Shown here: one piece after another, positions 19,463-28,665 of the stretch
How positions within the stretch are numbered: position 1 is the first letter of the stretch
Layout: every line of letters begins with the position of its first letter
Assembly: GCA_029945665.1 (NCBI GenBank)
Contig: JAQSCZ010000120.1
Span: forward strand, 1,618 to 65,617
DNA from: a bacterium
GTDB taxonomy: Bacteria > Bacteroidota > Bacteroidia > NS11-12g > UBA955
Direction: 5' to 3'
Length of the DNA: 64,000 nucleotides
The notes under the pieces: generated by a model
The model's database searches: none
Seen by the model: the letters and a program-made list of their open reading frames with translations, nothing else
Told to the model about the DNA's origin: nothing
Translations under genes and position numbers: made by a program

Positions 19463-21313
19463 CTATTTTGATAAAAAATCTTTTATTAATACTTGTTGAA
19501 ATGCCTTTGCCTCATTAATAAACCGCAAACTATCTGTTTCCGAACCCTGATATTCATAGCATTTACGGGTATCGTTATCAAACAATGCTTGTTGGGAATT
19601 GGTTACTCTTCCAAAGCCATTGTTGTAGTGATATTGCGCAAAACTTTCCTTGTTTTCAAAATTGGTTTGCCAACTAAATTCAGTACTTGGAATGCCCATT
19701 TGAGATAAAATAAACTGGGGCAAAATCGTTTGAGAAACCACATTCATAATTTGAATACCTTTGTGTTTTTTATTCAAAGCTCCACCTGTAACCACAAAAG
19801 GAATATGGTATTTTTCAGGACCAAAATAATGGACATTTTTTAACCCTATATCATGACCATGGTCGGCTATTAAAAGAATAATTGTTTCATTGTACCATGC
19901 TTGCTTTTTACAATTTTCTAAAAAATCAAATAAGCATTTATCTGCATACTCAATGGAATTTTTAAATCCATACCATTCATCTTTTGATATTTTAGAATTG
20001 TCATAAGGTACATCAAATGGCTCATGGCTGCTAAGTGTCATAACTGTTGAAAAGAAAGGCCCCTTCTCTTTTTTTAACTTATCCAAAACCAAGCGGAATA
20101 AATGTTCATCATGTGCACCCCATTTACTGGTTAAAGCTGCTGAATTAAAACATAGTTTATCGAAAATTTTATCAAAGTTCTGGACCACCAAATAAGCTTT
20201 CATCGAAGCAAACTCTGCATCACCACCATAGAAAAAATAATTTTTATATCCCTGCTTTCTCAAGGCCTTACTCAAAGAAGGCATCTTGCTCACTTTATCT
20301 GGAAAAACAATGATACTCGAAGAAGGTTGGGCAGGATATCCGCTGAGTACTGATACCAAACCCTTTTCGGTTCTATCGCCACTTGCATAACAGCGCATAA
20401 AACTCAAATTCTGCTGAGCAATACTATCAAGAAAAGGGGTGTGGTTATTGTTGCCTGAAAAATAGCGACTCGCATTAGCCGTAAAACTTTCTAACATTAC
20501 AATGATAACATTCGGATGTGGTATTGTAAAAACTTTAGCGGAATCTATTGTCTGGTTTAGCTGTTCCTCAAACAATCTCTCTGATTCACTATCACTTAAA
20601 TAATTTAGATGGGTACCGTATATGGCATCGGTATTGGTAGAAATAAAATACATGGCGTTCCATAAACTATTAATCGCTGCTGCATTCTCTATTGACTTAT
20701 TCGAATAAATAGCTGAGCTCTGACTGATAGTTGTAACGCCAACTCCTCCCCTAATTATTATAAAATTAATACCATTCAAAATTAATAAAGGTCCTAGATT
20801 TATCCATTTCAACGATAATTCTATTTTCAGAATGCGAATAGCCAATTGATATAATTTATATAAAATAAAACAGAATACAGCCGCAAATAATAAGGTTTTT
20901 AGCCAATTGGTAGCCCCTGCAGAGAGTGCCATTTCTATAGGGTGTGAAATATAAACCAATACTTGACTATTGAACTTATTGCCCCATTTCTGAAACAGCT
21001 CTGGATCGGCAATTGTAATTAGTAAGACAATTGTCAGAACAACAACCAAAAGCACCTTTTGAAAGCCTAATAATTTCCTTTTTAAAAGTATTTCTAATAT
21101 ACCAACCATTAGAAAAAGTGAGGCACAATATGCACTTGCAGAAAAATCTAGTCGCAATCCACTCCATGCAGATTGCCCACAAGTCAACCAAAAACCATCT
21201 GGCAATAAATCAAGATTGTAAATTAAAAAATACAATCGACCAATTTGAAAAATCAAAAAGAACAGCAACAAGATTAAAAAATACTTGGCAAATAATTGAA
21301 AGGCGCCCTTCAT
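19463..21313 (-). CDS. LTA synthase / phosphoglycerol transferase (sulfatase-fold) family protein
   Basis: N-terminal TMs, NVIIVMLES, SSHEPF, IADHG. Confidence 0.88.
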   Translation of the reverse strand: MKGAFQLFAKYFLILLLFFLIFQIGRLYFLIYNLDLLPDGFWLTCGQSAWSGLRLDFSASAYCASLFLMVGILEILLKRKLLGFQKVLLVVVLTIVLLITIADPELFQKWGNKFNSQVLVYISHPIEMALSAGATNWLKTLLFAAVFCFILYKLYQLAIRILKIELSLKWINLGPLLILNGINFIIIRGGVGVTTISQSSAIYSNKSIENAAAINSLWNAMYFISTNTDAIYGTHLNYLSDSESERLFEEQLNQTIDSAKVFTIPHPNVIIVMLESFTANASRYFSGNNNHTPFLDSIAQQNLSFMRCYASGDRTEKGLVSVLSGYPAQPSSSIIVFPDKVSKMPSLSKALRKQGYKNYFFYGGDAEFASMKAYLVVQNFDKIFDKLCFNSAALTSKWGAHDEHLFRLVLDKLKKEKGPFFSTVMTLSSHEPFDVPYDNSKISKDEWYGFKNSIEYADKCLFDFLENCKKQAWYNETIILLIADHGHDIGLKNVHYFGPEKYHIPFVVTGGALNKKHKGIQIMNVVSQTILPQFILSQMGIPSTEFSWQTNFENKESFAQYHYNNGFGRVTNSQQALFDNDTRKCYEYQGSETDSLRFINEAKAFQQVLIKDFLSK

Positions 21314-21392
21314 TATTGCAAAAATAAGTGCTTCTCATAAAATACCACCATTTGTAACAATTTTAAAACCAAGGTCTCGTAATAAGCATACT

Positions 21393-21917
21393 TTGCGATA
21401 TATTTGTCGCAAAACAGTCTATATGAAATATTTAGTATCCTTATTAATGCTCACTTTCCTGCCTTTATTTGCGCAGTCTAATTGCAACGATTTGCGCATA
21501 ACTACAGATAACAGAACAGGTGATATACGGTTTGAATGTCCGCTTGTATTTGACATGCAATTTTCTAAAACGCTTATGAAAAACGGGGATAGTTTAATTC
21601 AATTGTATTTACAATCTATGGTACCCTACACCAACACCAATGAAAAAGGATGCACTTTATTTCTATCTGATGGCAGCACAATTGAATACCCTGAGCAAGT
21701 TATCACTGTCACCTATAAGTCTTCGTTACTCTATAAATATAACACCACTTTAAACTTATCTCCTGACAACATCAATAGACTTTTATCAAATAGTATTACA
21801 GACTTTAAAATGCATATTCACAATAGCACAGAAAAACCACTGTTAACAAAGAAAAAAAATGCGACCTTGTTAATGAATTATGTCAGATGTGTGGTAAAAG
21901 GTGTCGTTCGGAAATAA
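21393..21917 (+). CDS. Hypothetical exported protein (likely start 21423)
   Basis: Signal peptide MKYLVSLLMLTFLPLFAQ. Confidence 0.7.
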   Translation: MRYICRKTVYMKYLVSLLMLTFLPLFAQSNCNDLRITTDNRTGDIRFECPLVFDMQFSKTLMKNGDSLIQLYLQSMVPYTNTNEKGCTLFLSDGSTIEYPEQVITVTYKSSLLYKYNTTLNLSPDNINRLLSNSITDFKMHIHNSTEKPLLTKKKNATLLMNYVRCVVKGVVRK

Positions 21918-21918
21918 T

Positions 21919-22593
21919 TTAGAAGCGAAAGCCAACAGAAAATCCATAACCGGTATTCTTCAAAGAAGTTTTATCGTTGCTTATTCGTTTATTCTCTGGG
22001 TTTAATTTTAAGGCTCCAAGTTGTGTATTCAATTGAAAAAATAAACCACTTTCCAACTCGTAGCCAGCAAAAATATTGGCACCAGCATCAAAAGACTTCA
22101 AATAGGGGGTGTTTGAAGGATCACTTGTTTCAATTGTGTTTTTAAACTTCACATCTGAAACAACATCCGATCCATTGCGCGTAAAGGTCACTTTTCCTTT
22201 AATCCCATAACCAAGGTAAGGACCAAAACCAACCATCACAAATCCACGACCCAACAATCCTTTGTATACAAAATTCAGTGGCAATTCTAGATACGAGATC
22301 TTATATTTATTATTGACACTATCTGTATTGATTTTAGTACCTTTGGTTGAAAATAAAAAACCGGGTTGAAAATAGAATTCAGGTGCCAATGGAATTTGTA
22401 CATTGCCACCTAAATGGTAACCAGTTATTAATTTGTTATCCATCATGCTACCATTAACATCTGTACCATTCCAATTTTGAAAATTTACACCACCTAACAA
22501 TGCATATTTAATGCGAGATTCAGTTATTTGTGCTTTTATTGAAATAAAAGGAATGCAGAAAAATGCGACAATTATTATTTTAAAATTTTTCAT
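21919..22593 (-). CDS. Outer-membrane beta-barrel (porin/PorT-like) protein
   Basis: YLELPLN, GFGPYLGY, terminal GFRF. Confidence 0.85.
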   Translation of the reverse strand: MKNFKIIIVAFFCIPFISIKAQITESRIKYALLGGVNFQNWNGTDVNGSMMDNKLITGYHLGGNVQIPLAPEFYFQPGFLFSTKGTKINTDSVNNKYKISYLELPLNFVYKGLLGRGFVMVGFGPYLGYGIKGKVTFTRNGSDVVSDVKFKNTIETSDPSNTPYLKSFDAGANIFAGYELESGLFFQLNTQLGALKLNPENKRISNDKTSLKNTGYGFSVGFRF

Positions 22594-22594
22594 G

Positions 22595-23353
22595 TTAGTT
22601 AGTTTCTACTTTAGCGTCTGACTTCATTTTTTCATTGGCTGAAATTAAAAATTCAACTCTGCGATTATTGGCGCGGCCTTCTTCTGTTTCGTTGCTATAC
22701 TTTGGAGCCTTTTCGCCAAAGCCTTTGATAATGATTCGGGTGTTTTTAATCCCATTAGCAATCAAATAATCTGAAACCTGTAAAGCTCTTTGCTGAGAAA
22801 GTTTTTGATTATAAGCGTCACTTCCTTTACTATCTGTATGCCCTTGAATTTCTATATCAGTATCCGGATAATTATTTAAAACTGTAACCAATTTACTCAA
22901 ATTAGTTTTAGCATCTGTAGATAAATTTGATTCATCGAATCCAAATAATATTTTACTCGCAAACTCCACGATAATACCTTCTCCTACTCTTTCTACTTTT
23001 GCGCCGGGAACAGAATTTTCAATTTCTTTTGCTTGCTTATCCATCTTATGTCCAATAACAGCTCCAGTAGCACCACCAACTGCTGCCCCGATAATTGCAC
23101 CTAAGGCTGTATTGCCAGAGGCTCTACCAATTACAGCTCCAGCAGCACCTCCTGCAACGGTACCTATACCTGCTCCTTTTTGTGTTTTGTTTAAGGATTT
23201 ACATGATGATAAAATCAACACTATACTTAAAATTAATAGTGGCACAAATCTTATAAACTTCGATAAAAATGTACCTTTGAAAGTATAAACTTCCTTATTT
23301 TTTAGAAATACAATTGTTCTCATTTTTTTTAAATTATTCATATTGTTTTCCAT
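22595..23353 (-). CDS. OmpA-family lipoprotein with glycine zipper
   Basis: LSS-C lipobox, GAGIGTVAGGAAGA, GHTDSKG, NRRVE; start uncertain. Confidence 0.92.
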   Translation of the reverse strand: MENNMNNLKKMRTIVFLKNKEVYTFKGTFLSKFIRFVPLLILSIVLILSSCKSLNKTQKGAGIGTVAGGAAGAVIGRASGNTALGAIIGAAVGGATGAVIGHKMDKQAKEIENSVPGAKVERVGEGIIVEFASKILFGFDESNLSTDAKTNLSKLVTVLNNYPDTDIEIQGHTDSKGSDAYNQKLSQQRALQVSDYLIANGIKNTRIIIKGFGEKAPKYSNETEEGRANNRRVEFLISANEKMKSDAKVETN

Positions 23354-23536
23354 TATACAATGGATGACCGCAAAGATGAATCAGCCTTTGCCAACAAAGT
23401 TACACGCCTACACAATCAATTTACATAAATCACACCATGGGGCATTCGGCTTATGAAAATTATAGAATTAAATGATATTAACCTTAATAAAATTAGAATA
23501 GTTTTATATTAAATTTGTCCAGCATACATTTTAATT

Positions 23537-24472
23537 ATGGCAGCAAAAAAACTACCAATAGAGAATTTAGGATTCGACAATAAGATTGACAATAACCGCA
23601 AACGTACCATCAATCAAGATGGCAGTTTCAATATAGTTAGGAAGAACGATTTCTTTAGAGAATTCAGTTTATACCGCTGGGGCATTACTTGCAAATGGTC
23701 GCACTATTGGCTGGCCGTATTGTTCGTATATATCTCCATCAATTTTCTATTTGCGTGGATTTACATGTCCATTGGTTATGAAAACATATCTGGCATTCGT
23801 TTAAATGCTGAACCACCTTATTGGCAATGCTTTTTCTTTAGTTTACAAACTTTTACTACCGTCGGTTATGGAGGCCTTCATCCCCAAGGTATTTTAACCA
23901 GTGCCACAGCCGGTTTCGAAGCTTTTTTAGGCCTTATGACCTTTGCCATTGCAACAGGCACTTTATATGGGCGATACAGTAGGCCCATTGCGCGTTTGCG
24001 CTATTCACCAAATGCTATTATTGCCCCATTTAAAGACATTAATGCATTGATGTTCGTAATTGCCAACGACAACAAAGGTAATTTAGTGGAAGTAACTGCT
24101 AAATTGAATATCAGTTGGAAAGAAAAAGACGCCAAGGGAAATGATATTCGTAAATTCGAGCGGCTGCCATTAGAATACGAAAAAATCAACATGTTGGCGC
24201 TTACTTGGACCATTGTTCATCCAATAGGTGAAGAGAGTTTTATAAAAAATTGGACTGAAAACGATTTTATTGAAAAAGATGTAGAACTGTTTCTTTTTAT
24301 TACTTCTTATGATGACACATTTGCTCAAACTGTGCATAGTAGAAGTAGTTTTGTGGGACATGAAATAGTATATGGCGCAAAATTCATTCGACCTTTTCAT
24401 GTTAATGAAGCAGGTGAAACTGTATTGGAATTAAGTAAAGTAGGTAATTACGAGAACACGCAACTTAATTAA
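23537..24472 (+). CDS. KirBac-type inward rectifier potassium channel
   Basis: FFFSLQTFTTVGYG selectivity filter; WTIVHPI cytoplasmic domain. Confidence 0.92.
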   Translation: MAAKKLPIENLGFDNKIDNNRKRTINQDGSFNIVRKNDFFREFSLYRWGITCKWSHYWLAVLFVYISINFLFAWIYMSIGYENISGIRLNAEPPYWQCFFFSLQTFTTVGYGGLHPQGILTSATAGFEAFLGLMTFAIATGTLYGRYSRPIARLRYSPNAIIAPFKDINALMFVIANDNKGNLVEVTAKLNISWKEKDAKGNDIRKFERLPLEYEKINMLALTWTIVHPIGEESFIKNWTENDFIEKDVELFLFITSYDDTFAQTVHSRSSFVGHEIVYGAKFIRPFHVNEAGETVLELSKVGNYENTQLN

Positions 24473-25364
24473 CACTGCGAGCAAAATCAGCCAATTTAAC
24501 ACTTGGCTTGCCCAGTTCTTCCCAGGCCGTTTCACCAGTAAATATTTCGCTGTAGTTATTAAGTGCTTCGCTGTATTTTGCCTTATAACGTTTGCGTTTG
24601 TCGAAGAGGCCTAAAAATCTGACATAGCTTAAGGATGCTATTTTTACTCTCAGTTTTTCTTTCGTGTAATTTTTAACAAATAAGTTGGCGGCTTCCTTTG
24701 TTGAATAGCAATCTAATCCTTGAATATTATACTCACGATCCTCATTGCCTAAAACTTTAATAGAATTAACAACCATGTTGGCATAATCTGCAATACTTAT
24801 ATAATAGAAAGGGAAACGTGACTCACCAACTATCTGAATGGTTTTACCATTTTTGTTTTGCGAAATAAAACTATCCATAAAAAGACTTGGACAAAAGATG
24901 GTGTATGGAATACCGCTATCTCTCACATAATTGACTGCTTCGTTCTTTACATCAAAGACCCACCAATCAAAGTCATTTTCTTGCTGATAATTTTGTAATA
25001 TAGACGACAGGTAAATAATCCGTCGAACACTGCATTCCAAACTTGCGTTAATAATTTCGCGTAAACCATCCGTTTCAATATGAAAGTCCTCAATATCCTC
25101 TGTTGGTGAAACATTTAAGCTACAATATACCGCATCCATTCCAGTAAGAAACCGCTTTAAATCGTGGTGATATAAAATATTACCTTCAACAATATTGATA
25201 TTTTCTGGCAATATGGTTTTCGCCTTATCGGCATCTCTTACCAATACAGATACTTGGTAACCCGCATCAGCCAATGCTTTTGTGACAGGTAATCCGATTG
25301 ATCCAGTGGCTCCGAAAACTGCAATTTTTTTAATCATACAAAAATAAAACGTGCGAAAATACAA
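24465..25364 (-). CDS. NmrA-like NAD(P)-binding protein
   Basis: IAVFGATGSIG Rossmann motif. Confidence 0.85.
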   Translation of the reverse strand: MYFRTFYFCMIKKIAVFGATGSIGLPVTKALADAGYQVSVLVRDADKAKTILPENINIVEGNILYHHDLKRFLTGMDAVYCSLNVSPTEDIEDFHIETDGLREIINASLECSVRRIIYLSSILQNYQQENDFDWWVFDVKNEAVNYVRDSGIPYTIFCPSLFMDSFISQNKNGKTIQIVGESRFPFYYISIADYANMVVNSIKVLGNEDREYNIQGLDCYSTKEAANLFVKNYTKEKLRVKIASLSYVRFLGLFDKRKRYKAKYSEALNNYSEIFTGETAWEELGKPSVKLADFARSVN

Positions 25365-25495
25365 CTTTTGTATTTAACCCTTCATTTTAGTGATTTACGA
25401 GATGGATCCTTAAATAGATTAAATTCATAAATTATATTGATGTTGTTATAATCTTCCAATCATTCAATTGAATTCCTGCTTTAGTTGTAAAAAGG

Positions 25496-25503
25496 TATCT
25501 TTG
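25496..25503 (+). promoter_or_regulatory. Bacteroidota -7 promoter element for mnmA
   Basis: TATCTTTG ending 13 nt before the ATG. Confidence 0.65.
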
Positions 25504-25516
25504 CAGTTTATTTGAA

Positions 25517-26710
25517 ATGGCAAAAGTAGTGGTAGGTTTAAGTGGTGGTGTCGATTCTTCGGTGGCGGCTTATTTATTAAAAGAGCAGGGTCACGAGGTG
25601 ATTGGCATGTTTATGAAAAACTGGCATGATACTTCTGTAACCATTAGCGATGAGTGCCCTTGGATAGACGACAGCAACGATGCTATGTTGGTAGCCGATA
25701 GTTTAGGTATTCCATTTCAAACCATCGATTTAAGCAAGGAATACAAAAAGCGCATTGTCGATTATATGTTTGCCGAATACGAGGCAGGGCGAACCCCTAA
25801 TCCCGATGTTTTGTGTAACCGTGAAATAAAATTTGATGTATTTTTAAAAGCAGCGGTGCAATTGGGTGCCGAGTATGTAGCAACAGGACATTATTGCCAA
25901 AAAGGAAAGATTGAAACACCACTTGGAATTCAATACCAACTCTTAGCAGGCAAAGATGGTAACAAAGACCAAAGTTATTTTCTTTGTCAGGTTACCCAAC
26001 AACAATTGGCCAAGGCATTGTTTCCAATTGGTCATTTAACCAAACCCGAAGTAAGAGAAATAGCCAATAAAATTGGACTCACCACAGCCAATAAGAAAGA
26101 TTCGCAAGGCTTGTGTTTTATAGGCAAGGTGCGCTTACCCGAATTTTTACAACAACAACTCAAACCTAAAAAAGGCTTGATTTATGAAATTGACGACCAT
26201 TTTAATGGGTATGAATTCAATTGGCCTGCAGGCGCTAATATAGAAAGCAAGGAGGAATTAATTCGCTTAACTACTCCCTTAAAATACGATACCACCATGG
26301 GTAAAAAAGTGGGTGAACACAGCGGTGCGCATTATTTTACCATCGGTCAGCGCAGAGGCTTACAAGTAGGTGGTAAAGCCGAAGGTTTATTTGTTATTGC
26401 CACCGATACTATCAGCAATTCTATTTATGTTGGCATGGGCGAAACCCACCATGGCTTATCGCGCAAGGGTCTTTTTGTGCCATCGAGTGACATCCATTGG
26501 ATTCGCGAAGATTTAAAATTAGGGGTTAATGAAAAGGCCGAATACATGGTTCGCATTCGTTACCGTCAACCGCTTGTTAAAGCTATCATGTATCAGTTTG
26601 AAGAAGGCTTATATATTATTTTCGATGAATTGGTAAGGGCCGTTGCAGCAGGACAATTTGCGGCTTGGTACAAGGATGAAGAGTTGATAGGCAGTGGTGT
26701 GATTGGGTAG
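25517..26710 (+). CDS. mnmA: tRNA 2-thiouridylase
   Basis: SGGVDS, NPDVLCN, ATGHY, KDQSYFL, DSQGLCF. Confidence 0.98.
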   Translation: MAKVVVGLSGGVDSSVAAYLLKEQGHEVIGMFMKNWHDTSVTISDECPWIDDSNDAMLVADSLGIPFQTIDLSKEYKKRIVDYMFAEYEAGRTPNPDVLCNREIKFDVFLKAAVQLGAEYVATGHYCQKGKIETPLGIQYQLLAGKDGNKDQSYFLCQVTQQQLAKALFPIGHLTKPEVREIANKIGLTTANKKDSQGLCFIGKVRLPEFLQQQLKPKKGLIYEIDDHFNGYEFNWPAGANIESKEELIRLTTPLKYDTTMGKKVGEHSGAHYFTIGQRRGLQVGGKAEGLFVIATDTISNSIYVGMGETHHGLSRKGLFVPSSDIHWIREDLKLGVNEKAEYMVRIRYRQPLVKAIMYQFEEGLYIIFDELVRAVAAGQFAAWYKDEELIGSGVIG

Positions 26711-27137
26711 GGAATTCTAAAAAATAATTTGGATTTATCAAACTAAATACCTTATTTTGTTTTAGTAAGGTAGTAAACACACTTTATTTTTAATACAATA
26801 ATTACAGCTAGTTGTTTTATTAATATAAGTTTAGAAAAGACATTTTTTAAATAAATATAAATATTTGAACAAACAATTAGTCATTTGTAAACCTCTAAAA
26901 TCAGAGGCTCAAAACATTTCGTTTATAAAAGAAAAACCAGACATTTACTGGATAACTTCGATATTATCGAATGTGATTTACTTATACTTTTTGAATTAAA
27001 AATTAAATTAAAAAATATTAACCAATTTTAAAAAGGAGGTATAAAAATCAGATAAAATTAACATTTAAAACCGCCAACTAAAACAAATTGCAAAATACTT
27101 CATTACAAAAAATTTAAAATATAAATATCAATTAACC

Positions 27138-27851
27138 ATGACAACAAAATTTATTAAAAACAACCTTCTAAGAACTTTGGTTCTAATTTCAATCTTCTCT
27201 AATTTTATCAATGTTAATGCGCAATGGTTTTTGCATAATACAGACAATACCTTTACTAGTCCATTTTCAATCTTCCAACCATCAAGACATTTTGGAGCAA
27301 TAACTCTTGGTGATCCTTATGGTGGACTATTTATTGGAGGTAATGATGGAACTAAGCCTATATGTTGGCATACATATAGAGATGTAAATAATGACTATAA
27401 ATTTTTCAATACAAATAAAGCTATGAAAATAGAATTTGTACATTGGAGTCATCTTTTACAATTTAGTTTTTCTAGTAATTCACCAACTGCTGGAGGAACT
27501 GCCAATTTTTCTACATTATTAACTTTGCAGGGGGATGGAATAAACGAGATGAAATTATGTGGCAATTTTTTTGCTAAAAGAGTGATAGTTAATCCACTAA
27601 CAGGATGGTGCGACTACGTGTTTAAACCAAATTATGCGCTGAGACCCTTGAGTAGTTTGAAATTATTTATTGACTCGGCTCATCATTTACCTGAAGTTCC
27701 AAACGAGAAAACAATTTTGGAAAGCGGAATCAATTTGGGGGACATGCAAACTATTCAAATGAAAAAGATAGAAGAATTGACCCTATATCTTCTTCAATTG
27801 GAAGAGAAGGTGGCAATTCTTGAAGAAAAGTTAGAAAAAATTGAAAAATAA
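27138..27851 (+). CDS. Exported protein with a C-terminal chaperone-like/coiled-coil domain (peptidase S74-related, by inference)
   Basis: Signal peptide; WCDYVF...Y.L..L......I....HLPEVP.......G......Q..KIEELTLY followed by a coiled coil. Confidence 0.7.
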   Translation: MTTKFIKNNLLRTLVLISIFSNFINVNAQWFLHNTDNTFTSPFSIFQPSRHFGAITLGDPYGGLFIGGNDGTKPICWHTYRDVNNDYKFFNTNKAMKIEFVHWSHLLQFSFSSNSPTAGGTANFSTLLTLQGDGINEMKLCGNFFAKRVIVNPLTGWCDYVFKPNYALRPLSSLKLFIDSAHHLPEVPNEKTILESGINLGDMQTIQMKKIEELTLYLLQLEEKVAILEEKLEKIEK

Positions 27852-27857
27852 TTATAT

Positions 27858-28658
27858 ATGCTAAACAAATTTTTAACATATATAATTATACTATTCATTG
27901 CCGCTTCCTGTAAAAACCGTGATGGCAAAAATGATTGCCCCACAAATATTGACCTCAGTGCTAATTTTACAATTCAACAAGATTTGGGTTTTACAGATTT
28001 GGATAAAATTGATAGGTATACTGAATTAAATAATGATACTGTTTATTTAATAAAATATCTTCATCCAGATAGTACCATTGAATTTCAAGATATCAGGCTT
28101 AGATTTAGAACATCTGAGACAAATAAAAAGTGCGAGTGGACAATTAGTGGTGATCCTACAATTAGAAAAGGATATGATATAGAAGTTGACTTTTCAGGTG
28201 TATTTGGTACACTTCAAGCTACATGCACTAAAGAATTTGATCCATGGAAAGAATGTTTCCCTGATTTAACTGGATTTGATACAGTCAAGCGAAATTTTCA
28301 TTTCGTTGTAAAAGAAAATCCTTCCTTTTTTGGTCAATATTTTGGATATAATGAGGATAATCCGAGTGATACCTTTACTATCGTAATTGGATTTTTTAAT
28401 GAACAAGGACACCCTGATAATGATATTATTTCTATTGGCAACTTTCCTAAATCATTTAAATATTATCAAACTGGTTTACGCTTTAGTTACTCAGAATTTT
28501 ACTTTAGAAATTTTTCAGATGGTAGCGCAAAATTTGCACACGGTTACACTAGTAAAAATGGGAAAGAAATAGTGATAGATTATATCCATAATAATATTAA
28601 TAGTGACAATACAATTACATATGTTAATCGAAAATTTGTTGGTAAAAAAATAAAATAA
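27858..28658 (+). CDS. Lipoprotein, copy 1
   Basis: Lipobox IAAS-C; paralog at 32019-32819. Confidence 0.8.
   Translation: MLNKFLTYIIILFIAASCKNRDGKNDCPTNIDLSANFTIQQDLGFTDLDKIDRYTELNNDTVYLIKYLHPDSTIEFQDIRLRFRTSETNKKCEWTISGDPTIRKGYDIEVDFSGVFGTLQATCTKEFDPWKECFPDLTGFDTVKRNFHFVVKENPSFFGQYFGYNEDNPSDTFTIVIGFFNEQGHPDNDIISIGNFPKSFKYYQTGLRFSYSEFYFRNFSDGSAKFAHGYTSKNGKEIVIDYIHNNINSDNTITYVNRKFVGKKIK
27972..28656 (+). repeat. 685-bp direct repeat, copy 1
   Basis: Identical by eye to 32133-32817 (offset 4161). Confidence 0.92.
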
Positions 28659-28665
28659 AAATATT

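Noticed and set aside
27032-27040. Perfect Shine-Dalgarno-like AAAGGAGGT
   Set aside because: No start codon at a suitable distance, and Bacteroidota rarely use SD sequences
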